Shown: positions 38,324 to 48,301 of the stretch, piece by piece | How the letters are laid out: the number at the start of each line of letters is the position of its first letter | How positions within the stretch are numbered: the first letter of the stretch is position 1 | Source: Candidatus Latescibacterota bacterium | Lineage (GTDB): Bacteria; Latescibacterota; UBA2968; GCA-2709665 | Direction: 5' to 3' | Assembly: GCA_965219455.1 (NCBI GenBank) | Contig: OZ244744.1 | Location: forward strand, 32,001-96,000 | Length of the DNA stretch: 64,000 nt | Notes under the pieces: model-generated | Told to the model about the DNA's origin: nothing | What the model saw: only the letters and a program-made list of their open reading frames with translations | The model's database searches: none | Made by a program: the position numbers and the translations under genes

Positions 38324-39781
38324 CTACATCGGTCCAATGCGTTCCGGTCCCCTGTCCATGGCGAGCATGGACGCATCGAAACTGCGCTGCATGAGGTCGA
38401 TTTTCAAGTCTGCATGATCGGCGCTGTCCCAGAGATTCTCAAACTCCCCCGGATCTTCGTCCAGGTCGTAGAGTTCGCCCAGGCCGTGCCCGTGATAGAC
38501 CACGAGTTTGTATCGCCGGTTGCGATACATCGTGGCAAACGTCCCGTCGGCCTGGTCAAGCGCGTCGTAAAATTCACAGCGCACGAATTCTCGATGTTCG
38601 TCCGCTGGCTTCTCGCCGCCGAGTATGGGCAACAAAGAACACGCCTGCATGCGCTCGGGCACCGGTAATCCGGCCAGATCCAAAAGGAGCGGGGCGATGT
38701 CGCGCAATTCGACGAGTGCGTCGCTTTTTTTCCCCGATTTCACCCGACCCGGCCACGAAAAAATAAGCGGCACCCGCACCAGGCCTTCGTAAAAACGGCA
38801 TCCCTTCTGAATCAGCCCGTGGTCTCCCAATGTTTCGCCATGATCGCTGGTGAATATTACAAGTGTATTGTCGCGCTGTCCGGTGTCCTCCAGCGCTGAA
38901 ATGATCCGCCCGAGTTGATCGTCGATCAATTTGATCATGGCATAATACCCGGCGATCAGCGTTTTGGCGCCCCGTTTTCCCGCTGTCTCCGGCTCCCGCA
39001 ACCCGTGGGTCTGCGTCCAGGGTATCACGGGGCTCTTGATGTCCAGGGCATCGGGACGGCGCCCTTTGGATTGAAAGTCGATGGCTTCCAGCTTCTCCTG
39101 CTGCGCCAGATCGCTTTCTCTGAACAGCGGCCCGTTCACCTGTTCCGGATCGAACAGATCGCGGTACGTCCTGGGCGGGTTGAATGGCGGATGCGGGTCG
39201 TAGATGTTCACGGAGGCCAGCCAGGGGCCGTCATAGGCTTCGCTCAGGAATTCGATGGTTTTCTCCGCGCACCACGTGGTCTGATGCAATTCCGCGGGCA
39301 CGCCATCGGAACTGTTGATTAATTCCCCAAGTACCTCCCCCTTCGATCGTACCCAGTCGGCGTAGTCGTGCCCGGTCTCCCAATCGTCCCGGGGCGCGTG
39401 GCTGTATTGCCAGTACCGGTACCCGTCATCAACCCGCGCCTCGACGCGCCCGAATGCGCTGGACAGGTGCAACTTTCCAATCAACCCGCAATCGTAGCCA
39501 CCGTCGGCCAGCATCTTCGTGACCAACGGCGTCGTATCCGGAAAGTGCGAATTCCCGTTTCCGTTCACATGGACGGCGCTCGCGTATTGTCCGGTCAAAA
39601 AACTCGCCCGGCTGGGTGTGCAGATCGGACTCTGACAAAACGCGTGCGTAAATGCGAATCCCTCGGCCACGAGGCGATCGATATTGGGCGTGTCGACGTG
39701 GGGGTTCCCCAGAGCGCCAATGGTATCGTAGCGCTGCTGGTCCGTACAAATCCACAGGATGTTCGGCCGGGATCCTCTCAT
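38324..39781 (-). CDS. Sulfatase (formylglycine-dependent, Cys-type)
   Basis: RPNILWICTDQQR, CTPSRASF, GKLH, FTSDHG; AAGGAG RBS before ATG 39781. Confidence 0.95.
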   Translation of the reverse strand: MRGSRPNILWICTDQQRYDTIGALGNPHVDTPNIDRLVAEGFAFTHAFCQSPICTPSRASFLTGQYASAVHVNGNGNSHFPDTTPLVTKMLADGGYDCGLIGKLHLSSAFGRVEARVDDGYRYWQYSHAPRDDWETGHDYADWVRSKGEVLGELINSSDGVPAELHQTTWCAEKTIEFLSEAYDGPWLASVNIYDPHPPFNPPRTYRDLFDPEQVNGPLFRESDLAQQEKLEAIDFQSKGRRPDALDIKSPVIPWTQTHGLREPETAGKRGAKTLIAGYYAMIKLIDDQLGRIISALEDTGQRDNTLVIFTSDHGETLGDHGLIQKGCRFYEGLVRVPLIFSWPGRVKSGKKSDALVELRDIAPLLLDLAGLPVPERMQACSLLPILGGEKPADEHREFVRCEFYDALDQADGTFATMYRNRRYKLVVYHGHGLGELYDLDEDPGEFENLWDSADHADLKIDLMQRSFDASMLAMDRGPERIGPM

Positions 39782-39812
39782 GTACTCTCCTTCTGCGGAC
39801 TGAAGATGCAAG

Positions 39813-40658
39813 TCACGCGATTCCTCGGTCTACAAGCCTCATACCGTCCTTCATCCAATCGCTGATGCAGGTGACGTCATTGACGGCCCGCATTGCGATA
39901 TTTCGCGATGCCTGACGAAGGTCCAGCCTTCGAACGACAATCTCGTCGGAAAACATACCGGCTTCCGCCATCACATTGCCATCCGGGTGAATGATCTTCG
40001 ATTCACCATGCGATGACCCTGCGCGGTCGATATTGGACGGATCGGCGGGTGCATTCGCCATCACCACGTAAATCCCATTCTCGGTCGCACGGCTGATGGG
40101 CATGGCCCGATAGGCCGACAATTTGTGCTCCGACGTGACCGAACTCTCACAACTGGAGAAAAAGCAAAGCATCGCGCCGGCCGCCGCAGGCAGCCGCACG
40201 AGTTCGGGGTAACGAATATCGTGACAGATCAGGAAACAGGAAGGTACGCCGCACAGCCTGTAAATGGGCAGATGCTGTGCGGGCTCATACCAGCGCTCAC
40301 CCGCAAGATGGATCTTGCCGTAGCGCCCCGGCACCGTGCCGTCCCGGTCTACAATGAGCAGACTATTGTAGCGCCGGACGCCGTCCAGATGGGTCGAGCC
40401 GACGACAGCCGCGATGCTTTTTTCACGGCAGGCCCGGATAATCTGCCGCTCCGCTTCTTCGATGCGGGTTTGATCCAGGCTCGACCAGAATTCGGAGCGG
40501 TCGGAATAGCCGTGCAGGACCCCTTCGTGAAACGCGGCCACGTCCACGTCCTCACGGGCACAGGTGTTCAGCCGGTCGACAACCCTGCACGCATTCCCTT
40601 CGATGTCCTCACCGGCATGCATTTGAACTGCGGCAACGCGCAACCACCTGCGGGGCAT
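39813..40658 (-). CDS. Carbon-nitrogen hydrolase (nitrilase superfamily)
   Basis: Glu-Lys-Cys triad in FHEG, YGKIHL, ICHDIRYPE; CAGGAGG RBS before ATG 40658. Confidence 0.92.
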   Translation of the reverse strand: MPRRWLRVAAVQMHAGEDIEGNACRVVDRLNTCAREDVDVAAFHEGVLHGYSDRSEFWSSLDQTRIEEAERQIIRACREKSIAAVVGSTHLDGVRRYNSLLIVDRDGTVPGRYGKIHLAGERWYEPAQHLPIYRLCGVPSCFLICHDIRYPELVRLPAAAGAMLCFFSSCESSVTSEHKLSAYRAMPISRATENGIYVVMANAPADPSNIDRAGSSHGESKIIHPDGNVMAEAGMFSDEIVVRRLDLRQASRNIAMRAVNDVTCISDWMKDGMRLVDRGIA

Positions 40659-40785
40659 ATCGACCTCCTGAGAGATTGGCAATTTGCGGAGCGCTCGCAA
40701 TATAACACGCGTCAGGGAACCGCGCGAGAGGCAACAAAGGAGGGGCGGAAAGGTAACTACACGTAACGCCGGAGGGCGCGCCGGT

Positions 40786-42108
40786 TCAGTCGCACGCTTC
40801 GGATGTTGGCGGCGTCTGATAGAAGGCCATGCTGGCGTAGCTGACCAGCGAACCGGAATCCTCCTGGCGATTCTGCCCGTAGCTGAGCAGGTCGCCGTGG
40901 CGTTCGGCGCCGGCCAGTAGCGCGTGGAGCGAGAACAGGCCGGAGACGGCGTCCACGTTTCGGCCGTTTTTGTCGGCTTGCAACGCACGGCAAAAGCCGG
41001 TCGCATCGAATCGTTGCGCGTAACCCAGCAGGTCGCGGTCGGCCAACTCGCAGGCGTCCGCCTCGGAATCTTCGACGCGTTCAGGGTGGCCGAACTTAGG
41101 ACCGATATGTGCCAGGTCCACGCTGAGCACGTAGAGGGCACGCTTCCCGCTGGCAGATACCGCCGCCCGCAACGCCGCAAGTTCGGTGGCGATCTCGGGG
41201 GCCTGCAAGGGATCCCGTCCTTCGCTCAGGCAGTGATCGACGCTACCAAGAAGGACAGGTACCACCTCGAACGGCGGCAGTCCCGCCCGCGCATTGATGT
41301 ACTGAAGAAACAGCAGAGCGAACTCAACCGAGTGCTCGGTGCGATGCAGCCACTGCTGCTGCGTGATATCCCGCCCCGCGCAGCGTGACCAATCCTGGAT
41401 TACCCGGGCGTTCGTAGGCACCTGCCCGAATGGGGTTTCGTAATGTTTGCCGGTCGCGACGGCAAAGCTCGTTCCCGGTTCGGTGCCGCCGTTGTGCGCC
41501 ACGCCGAGGATGACATAAAGCTCGAAGGGCGTTGCGCAATCGGCGGCCGAGGCCAGCGCCGTGAAGGCGGGCGGGTAGGTTTCACCGCCCGCGCGCAGAT
41601 CGATGTGCGGACACATGATTGCGGCAAGCCGCGCCGTCGGGTCCCGCTGCACACCTTCATCCTCTGCCTTCCCGGACGAAGCGGCGGCGAAGAAGCTGTC
41701 GAGCATCGCCGCAAGCTCCCCAGGATCCTGAGGGTAGGCGTTGCCGACGTGCCATGCCGGTCGCACGTCCGCGTTCTCATATTCCTCGCGTACCCTGGCG
41801 ATCCGCGCCGCAGCCACGTGGTCATCCAGGTAGCAACCCTCGCTCAATCTGCTCAGCACGCGGCGGATCTCACCGACTCCCAAGTCACCGCCTGGAAGCC
41901 ACTTTCGCAGGGCTTCGTGTATCTGATCGATGGTGTGCCGGCCATCCAGATGCGACAGAACGAGCATCCCGGCCGGTCCGAGCAACAGCGGCTGCGGCGC
42001 GATCTCCAATGGATCGCGCATGTAGAACGCCCGCTCGCCTTCCTGGTCGATCGGGATCACTTCCACCCGGCGCGCGCGGGGCAATGGAGAATTTGTCGCG
42101 AAAGGCAT
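40786..42108 (-). CDS. amrB: MEMO1-family (AmmeMemoRadiSam protein B) with N-terminal extension
   Basis: RPAWHVG..YP, PHID, GVAH, EHSVE, SVDLAH.G..FG, VSYAS. Confidence 0.88.
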   Translation of the reverse strand: MPFATNSPLPRARRVEVIPIDQEGERAFYMRDPLEIAPQPLLLGPAGMLVLSHLDGRHTIDQIHEALRKWLPGGDLGVGEIRRVLSRLSEGCYLDDHVAAARIARVREEYENADVRPAWHVGNAYPQDPGELAAMLDSFFAAASSGKAEDEGVQRDPTARLAAIMCPHIDLRAGGETYPPAFTALASAADCATPFELYVILGVAHNGGTEPGTSFAVATGKHYETPFGQVPTNARVIQDWSRCAGRDITQQQWLHRTEHSVEFALLFLQYINARAGLPPFEVVPVLLGSVDHCLSEGRDPLQAPEIATELAALRAAVSASGKRALYVLSVDLAHIGPKFGHPERVEDSEADACELADRDLLGYAQRFDATGFCRALQADKNGRNVDAVSGLFSLHALLAGAERHGDLLSYGQNRQEDSGSLVSYASMAFYQTPPTSEACD

Positions 42109-42245
42109 GGCCGCTTTGCAATCTATTTTGCCGAAGAGACGGAAACGACTCGTTTGTACGCCGCAAATAACATAGGTTGTTGTGAAACGTCTGTCAAGAC
42201 GATGAACTTCAACAATCATGGCGGCGGTTTTTTTTTAAAATTTCT

Positions 42246-42270
42246 GGAACGCGCGATTTGATGCGTCGTT
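42246..42270 (+). promoter_or_regulatory. ECF-sigma-type promoter
   Basis: GGAAC-N16-CGTT. Confidence 0.5.
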
Positions 42271-42307
42271 AAATAGGGTAGCTTATCGCTAACTAAAGGA
42301 GAACTTA

Positions 42308-42331
42308 ATGCTTATGCATCTACGGCACTAA
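42308..42331 (+). CDS. Putative 7-aa leader/small peptide MLMHLRH
   Basis: AAAGGAG RBS 6 nt before ATG; followed by a long hairpin at 42333-42393. Confidence 0.4.
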   Translation: MLMHLRH

Positions 42332-42437
42332 CCCGCCCCCGCCACCTCGGGCAGGATAGAATCGGCCGACTATCCCCTGACGGCGCGGGACGGAATCGAA
42401 TCGTTCAGACATGAAACAACCATACGGAGGGTGCGCC

Positions 42438-44540
42438 ATGTCGATTCGTCCAGCAATACTCGCGCTCAGCATTGGCCTTTGGGGCTGTGCTGGAAGCAAC
42501 ACCCCGCTTCCCACCGCACCGGCAGAAACGTCACCTGGATCAACCGGAAAGTTACAGTCCATGGATATTTCCACCGGTGCCCGGTTCAAAGGAGCACTTT
42601 CCAAGCCTGCGGTCTTCAGTACAACTTCCGAAACGACAGCCAGAAACCACGGAACCAACCACGCGCCAACTTTCAATGGTTCCGTCGGAAACCAGGAACT
42701 GACCCTGCTACTTCCAAGGGGCCCGTCGGCTCTGCTACGGTTCGAAGGTGAACCGGCGACAGACCCGGACGGAGACGACGTCTCCTATCGTTTCGCGTTT
42801 GCCGTGCCCGGCCTCACCGGGATTCAGACACTTTCGGAGACCCTGTTGCACGTCACGCGGGAAGGTAACAGCTTCGCGTTCCACGGAAACGGGGAAGTAA
42901 CGCCAGGTCAGTTTACCCCTGTTTACGGGGAGGTCGCCAAGATCCCTACCCTGCTGTCGGCAATCTACGCGAGCGATGGAAATGCTGAGAGCGATCCTCA
43001 GGTTTTCAATCTGCACATGGTTTACGACGGCTCAGCTCAGTTTTCCACTCCTGCAAGATACGTCGCGGACCAGCGTTGGGAGATACCCACCCCGATCGAG
43101 TTGTACGAAGGGACAACGTCCCCTGTGAGCGACGACTTGCCCACGTGGACGGCCGTTACCGACGACTATCGGGAGTGGGGATCCGACTGGCGGCCGCCCC
43201 TTATCCGATGTGAGATTGGCTCTGCCTACTTTTCGTACACGCTTCCCGATGGCGGTGATGACAACGCCCTCGTCTCAATGTCCTCACAACAGAGGGCGAC
43301 ATCGGGAACCGTGTCGCTGGCGCTTAAGGACATACCTGATTTTGAGACTCCCGGTGACAGTAACGGGGACAATCAGTACCGGATACGCGTCGTCAACAGG
43401 CACAACATCCACCATCTCGGTGGAGAAGGATCCCCTACGGGGTGCTCCGGATCGGTGCTCGATCTGACCATCCGGGTCAAGGACGTGGGGGCCCCAGCCC
43501 CGCCGGAAGTCGTCTCCGCACGGTTCCGCGACGAGGACGACACGACGGTTGACCTGGAGTGGGCGACGCCCGGCGGTTTCATCGAAAACGGGGCTCCTGT
43601 TGCATTTCCCGCAGGTTTCGAGGTGACCGACTACGACTATCGCTACCGCGCTGCGGGATCGGTCGCGTGGACCGAGGTTACGGATTCGGATCTGACGGAA
43701 ACTGCCGTCACGCTGGAGAACTTGACCGAAAATGCCTACGAAATCCAGGTTCGGGCCACCAACGGGGAAGGTACCGGAGCATGGTCGTCGACCGTGGGGG
43801 CCGAGAGGATTAAGCGCACCGTTTCCTTTGGCGCATCGCGTTACGCCACGGTCGAGGGCGACCCCTCGGGGGTCGAGGTTGCGGTTTATCTGGATCCGGC
43901 GGCAGGCGCGCTACCGATCACGGTGCCCATTTCCGTGGAAGAGGAAGGCGGCGCAGGACCCGAGGACTACTCCGGAGTCCCTTCCAATCTCACCTTTGAC
44001 CCCAACGAGGACATGCGGACCTTCAAGCTGATGGCCATGCAAGATGAAGACCAGAACGAAGGCACGGAAGAGACCATCCGGCTGAACTTCGGGGACCTTC
44101 CATCGAACGTGACTGAGGCAACCCCGGCTTCAGCGCAGGTAGTCCTGGAGGAACCGATACCAGAAATCGAACGGCTACGGATAATTTCCACCCCCGCGAG
44201 CGGTTCTACCTATGGCCGATGTGAGATCATTAGGATCGAGTTGGTCTTCGACATGCCCGTCGAGGTAACGGGAAGACCATTTGTGAATTTCAGACTTGAC
44301 AATCCGATATGGGAGAATGCCGGCTACAAGTCCGGATCAGGCACGGAAAGGCTCGTCTTTGATTACCCGGTCAACAGGCGCGATCTGGACAGAAACGGAA
44401 TATCGTTCAGGCCAAATCAGGTCTATCGGCACAAGGGGACTATCAAGTCGCTTTCCGGCGGCGGCGATGCAAATCTCGACCACGCGGGTTTGCATGACGA
44501 TCCGAATCACAAAGTAAACGGGTGCCTCCGTGACGAGTAG
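42438..44540 (+). CDS. Lipoprotein with cadherin-like, fibronectin III, Calx-beta-like and Ig-like domains
   Basis: Lipobox LWGC; DFETPGDSNGDNQY; YEIQVRATNGEGTGAWS; VSFGASRY; SGSGTERLVF. Confidence 0.85.
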   Translation: MSIRPAILALSIGLWGCAGSNTPLPTAPAETSPGSTGKLQSMDISTGARFKGALSKPAVFSTTSETTARNHGTNHAPTFNGSVGNQELTLLLPRGPSALLRFEGEPATDPDGDDVSYRFAFAVPGLTGIQTLSETLLHVTREGNSFAFHGNGEVTPGQFTPVYGEVAKIPTLLSAIYASDGNAESDPQVFNLHMVYDGSAQFSTPARYVADQRWEIPTPIELYEGTTSPVSDDLPTWTAVTDDYREWGSDWRPPLIRCEIGSAYFSYTLPDGGDDNALVSMSSQQRATSGTVSLALKDIPDFETPGDSNGDNQYRIRVVNRHNIHHLGGEGSPTGCSGSVLDLTIRVKDVGAPAPPEVVSARFRDEDDTTVDLEWATPGGFIENGAPVAFPAGFEVTDYDYRYRAAGSVAWTEVTDSDLTETAVTLENLTENAYEIQVRATNGEGTGAWSSTVGAERIKRTVSFGASRYATVEGDPSGVEVAVYLDPAAGALPITVPISVEEEGGAGPEDYSGVPSNLTFDPNEDMRTFKLMAMQDEDQNEGTEETIRLNFGDLPSNVTEATPASAQVVLEEPIPEIERLRIISTPASGSTYGRCEIIRIELVFDMPVEVTGRPFVNFRLDNPIWENAGYKSGSGTERLVFDYPVNRRDLDRNGISFRPNQVYRHKGTIKSLSGGGDANLDHAGLHDDPNHKVNGCLRDE

Positions 44541-44567
44541 GGAAGTTAAACGAAGGGGGATATAGAG

Positions 44568-45119
44568 ATGCAACGCGAATTCATGGCCCGAGCAATAGAG
44601 CTCTCGGGAATCCAGATGCGGACACGGCGCGGCGGCCCTTTCGGCGCGGTCATCGTCAAGGGCGGTGAGATCATCTCGGAGGGATACAACGAGGTGATCG
44701 CAGGCAACGACCCGACGGCCCATGCGGAGGTCATGGCAATAAGGAAAGCGGGATCACGGCTCCGCGCATTCCACCTGGCCGGATGTGAAATCTATGCCAG
44801 TTGCGAGCCCTGCCCAATGTGCCTTGCCGCCATCTACCAAGCAAGGATCGAGAAGATCTATTTCGCCAACACGGCTGCAGACGCGAGGGACATCGGTTTC
44901 GATGACGACTTGGTCTACGGTGAGTTACAGTTGCCGCGGTCCGAGCGTCGGATACCCTACCGTCAACTGCTGCGAGACGAGGCGCTGGCGGTCTTTCGGG
45001 AATGGCGCAATACAGCGGACCGACCTGAGAACCAGGACACCCGCGGACATGGGCGATCAGAGGTAGCGAACGTTGCACCCCAGGTTGGATCCCAACGGGA
45101 GCGGCGCGTCTGGCTGTAG
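44568..45119 (+). CDS. Zn-dependent nucleoside/guanine deaminase
   Basis: GGPFGAVIV, DPTAHAE, CEPCPMC. Confidence 0.93.
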   Translation: MQREFMARAIELSGIQMRTRRGGPFGAVIVKGGEIISEGYNEVIAGNDPTAHAEVMAIRKAGSRLRAFHLAGCEIYASCEPCPMCLAAIYQARIEKIYFANTAADARDIGFDDDLVYGELQLPRSERRIPYRQLLRDEALAVFREWRNTADRPENQDTRGHGRSEVANVAPQVGSQRERRVWL

Positions 45120-45231
45120 ACGCGCCGCTCCTCCTGTTCGCGTTGATTTTACGGGCCATCGACCGTAGCCCCGTGGATCGGGCGGAGATGAATGCACGGA
45201 CGACTCGCTCGAGGCGTTAATCGCTCCGGGG

Positions 45232-45678
45232 TTATCCAGGGTCCAGTGCAGGGTGACGGTGCGTGTAGAGATAGCCGATAAGACCGAGTTGGATAAGCGC
45301 GCCGGGCGCCAGCACGGGCAGGGCGCCGCGCGCCGTCCTGGACACCAGGTCCCATCCGCTCAACCTTGAATACATTTCCAATTCGAAATCCATGTTCGCG
45401 CCGGTATGAAACCAGAATCCCGCGATCCCTCCCAGCACGTAAGCCAGCATCGTGAGGCGGAACAGGCGCAGGACGACCACTCCCCTGTAACGCGCCCGCG
45501 CGGCCACCAGGACGATCCCCAGAGCCAGCAACACCAGGGGCACCTGTTGCCGCCACTCCTCGAAATGGTCCAACAGCAGCAATTCAGCGCCCAGCCCGAC
45601 GCTTCCGAGGACAAAGATCAAGAGGAGACCCAGGCGGAGAGAGATGGTTCCTCGCTTCCTTCCTGCATCTGACATCAT
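45232..45678 (-). CDS. Hypothetical 4-TM membrane protein
   Basis: Four hydrophobic segments; coherent ORF. Confidence 0.75.
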   Translation of the reverse strand: MMSDAGRKRGTISLRLGLLLIFVLGSVGLGAELLLLDHFEEWRQQVPLVLLALGIVLVAARARYRGVVVLRLFRLTMLAYVLGGIAGFWFHTGANMDFELEMYSRLSGWDLVSRTARGALPVLAPGALIQLGLIGYLYTHRHPALDPG

Positions 45679-45728
45679 CTGGCCTTTTCAGTTTAAGGAC
45701 CCAGATTTTCCAACAGCCAACCGCGGCA

Positions 45729-47042
45729 TCAATGCTCAGCAATACTCAATCCCAGTCTCAGCGTAAATCCCTTACCCAATGCCTCCCCTTCCGCGAAGCC
45801 GTCCGTCTTGGCGCCGATTTCGAGACCAATTCTCGGCTTGTAACCGCTTGCGCCGACCTGATAGTCGATCCTGGCCCATACCCCGCCGCCCAGTCCCGAT
45901 CGTCCTGCCCTCAGCCGTTCCCCACCGAGGAGAAGCGAGGGCTGATGCCAGAACTCGGCTCTCGGACTGACAGTGATTCCATTCACTGCGGCGAGATTGT
46001 CGACGGCGACACCGAATCCGCCAAATCTATGAAACGAAGGAATCCCGTAACGAAAGAAAACATTCGAGACGCGCCCGGAGTGTACAATGACATTTTCAAA
46101 GGTCACCTCCGAGCCGAACGGGGTCAACCCGAGGCGGAAGGAAGGCAGGTACCCGACCGCGCGAAGCCTGAGCATGGGCAGTTCGGACCCGGCCGATCCG
46201 TGATAGAGATAAGAAACGGCATACGCGTACATCGCCCAGAGTGCGGTGGGATTGAGCAGGCCCACCAGCGTCTGCGCACTCAGGTCTTCCAGAGTCAATC
46301 GGTCGTCTGTTTCGGAATAGCCTTCAAGAAGGTTGAGGTCCCGGAGATAATTGGCCACGTCGTTGCCCGGTCTCGGCCGGGAACCGAAACGGGTGCGCAG
46401 GATGTACCAGGTCAGATCCAGCGACGAAGGCAGGTACACCATGATTTCTCGCGATTTGACGCCGCCGCGCTGAAGCCATCTGGATCGAATGGACTCTGCA
46501 AGAATCGTATTGGCTTCAGATCCCCCTATCGAAATAACGATTCGCTCGTGTCGTGTCGTTCTTCTTTCGGGATCACGTGAGCCGTAGGCAGTGCCGCGAC
46601 TGCTGCCGTAAGGAGGAAACAGACTGAGGTTGTATGAAATATCCCGGTATCCGAACTCCCTGAACCGGGCGCCATGTCCAAAGACCTCGTGTTGGATCAG
46701 GACCAGAAGGTGATCGACAATGTTGTCGACAAGAACCGTCTTGCCCAGCCGGTAAAGAATCCCGGCCGTCTTTCGGCGTTTTGTGCTTTCGTCGAACAGG
46801 CGAGGGCTGAGAATGCGATTCTCAAGGGCGTACACCACACGATGGATCGCGGCAAGGTTCTCCGCCCCTATCTGAGACGACCGCGTCGCGTCGATCCCCA
46901 CCTGATACCGGGCTTGCGGCATCGCCTTGGCAGTCGGAAAGAGAATCAGGATCAACAGCAGCCGGTAAACACAACGAGAGTGTGGCTTCGGCAGGAAACG
47001 CACGTTCCGGGCCTTCACGACTTCAATTTGTTCCAGGGACAC
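45729..47042 (-). CDS. Hypothetical exported protein with HEVFGH motif (start uncertain)
   Basis: Hydrophobic signal-like stretch LLLILILFPTAKA; beta-strand-rich C-terminus. Confidence 0.65.
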   Translation of the reverse strand: MSLEQIEVVKARNVRFLPKPHSRCVYRLLLILILFPTAKAMPQARYQVGIDATRSSQIGAENLAAIHRVVYALENRILSPRLFDESTKRRKTAGILYRLGKTVLVDNIVDHLLVLIQHEVFGHGARFREFGYRDISYNLSLFPPYGSSRGTAYGSRDPERRTTRHERIVISIGGSEANTILAESIRSRWLQRGGVKSREIMVYLPSSLDLTWYILRTRFGSRPRPGNDVANYLRDLNLLEGYSETDDRLTLEDLSAQTLVGLLNPTALWAMYAYAVSYLYHGSAGSELPMLRLRAVGYLPSFRLGLTPFGSEVTFENVIVHSGRVSNVFFRYGIPSFHRFGGFGVAVDNLAAVNGITVSPRAEFWHQPSLLLGGERLRAGRSGLGGGVWARIDYQVGASGYKPRIGLEIGAKTDGFAEGEALGKGFTLRLGLSIAEH

Positions 47043-47073
47043 AGTGTGACCTTCACGTCGTCACAACCAAAGG

Positions 47074-47973
47074 TCAAGTCACGCCATACAACGCGAAGGA
47101 AAAATTCGGCGCCGGATCGACCAGGCCGGATCTCTCGTTCAGGTAAAGGCGTTTTTGTGCGCCGGCCGGGAAATTCTCCATTTCGGCAAAGCCGAATCCG
47201 GACATCACGCCTTTCAGTTCCTCCGGCGTGAACGTGGATATCATCGGCTCTCCCCGGCGAGCCACGAAGCGGTCCAGTTTGTCGGCGAATTGCCGACTCT
47301 CCTCCGGAACGAGATGCCCGGCAAGCTTATAGTCGAAAACAATACGGCTGCCCGGTGCTGCGATGCCCGCAATACGACCAAGAGTCTCGCGTATCGCGTC
47401 TTTCGTGAGATAGTAGGTCGTTCCCAGCCACGAAAAAAAAGACGGTGTGAGAGGATCGAAACCGGTCCGGGCAAGCGCCTCGTCGAGATTGTCGGTTTCA
47501 AAATCAATGGGTGCGAAGATCAGATTGGATGGAATCACGCCATTGACTCTCAGCACCTTTTCACGTTTCATTTCCTGGGTTGCCGGATGATCTAGCTCAA
47601 ATATCCGCAACCTGTCCGAAAGCGCATTCTGGCGCATGGAAAAGGTATCGAGACCGGCGCCGAGGATGACATACTGCCCAACGCCCGCCCGCACGGCTTC
47701 CATAAGACGGTCTTCGGCGTACCGTGCCCGCAGGATGATTTCCGTATGTATGGGACGAAATGCCCGGAATACCGTGTGAACGACGATCCAGCTGAACATT
47801 CTGTTCCTGGCAATCACACGCCAGAAATTCGATATCATGTCAATTGCATAGGTGTCGGCGAAGATCGGCGCCTTGTACCATTGACAATGATACGCGCGTA
47901 CGCAAGCCGCCAGATTCGCCGTTCTGCTCGTCCTGTGCGCCTGCGAAGACAGTCCGGACTGCTGCAAAGCCAT
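47074..47973 (-). CDS. SAM-dependent methyltransferase (LCM family)
   Basis: SRTA...A..RA, QYVILGAGLDT, FELDHP, WLG.TYYL. Confidence 0.92.
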   Translation of the reverse strand: MALQQSGLSSQAHRTSRTANLAACVRAYHCQWYKAPIFADTYAIDMISNFWRVIARNRMFSWIVVHTVFRAFRPIHTEIILRARYAEDRLMEAVRAGVGQYVILGAGLDTFSMRQNALSDRLRIFELDHPATQEMKREKVLRVNGVIPSNLIFAPIDFETDNLDEALARTGFDPLTPSFFSWLGTTYYLTKDAIRETLGRIAGIAAPGSRIVFDYKLAGHLVPEESRQFADKLDRFVARRGEPMISTFTPEELKGVMSGFGFAEMENFPAGAQKRLYLNERSGLVDPAPNFSFALYGVT

Positions 47974-48217
47974 TCGACCCCTCAACTGGTATCAATACCT
48001 TTACTTGAACCCTGTTCACTAGTGCGGCGGAAACTCCGGAGTGTGCAGGCGAGACGCCCCACATAGGAAAATAAGACCCATTCGGCAATAAATCAAGGTG
48101 CCGAACGTGGGCCGGCGCGGCGCGCTCAACGGAGTTTTCAAAGGCCGTGGTGGATAGCAGAACCCGGCACCGATCAATCAACAACCTCGGTCCCCAGGAA
48201 AAAGACAAGAAAGCGAC

Positions 48218-48277
48218 TTGACATTCACCTCCAATTTCGTTACTATCGTATTTAACTCTATAAAATAGAGAACTCTA
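48218..48277 (+). promoter_or_regulatory. sigma70 promoter plus palindromic operator
   Basis: TTGACA-N17-TACTAT; CTCTAT-AAA-ATAGAG inverted repeat at 48256-48270. Confidence 0.7.
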
Positions 48278-48301
48278 ATTTAATGACAAAGGAGATGTTC
48301 C

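Noticed and set aside
40659-41180. Long N-terminal extension of the nitrilase ORF
   Set aside because: Overlaps amrB in another frame; a strong RBS marks ATG 40658
48019-48150. Degenerate MITE (CTAG start, AAACTCCG/CGGAGTTT)
   Set aside because: Only 8 bp of inverted repeat and no target duplication
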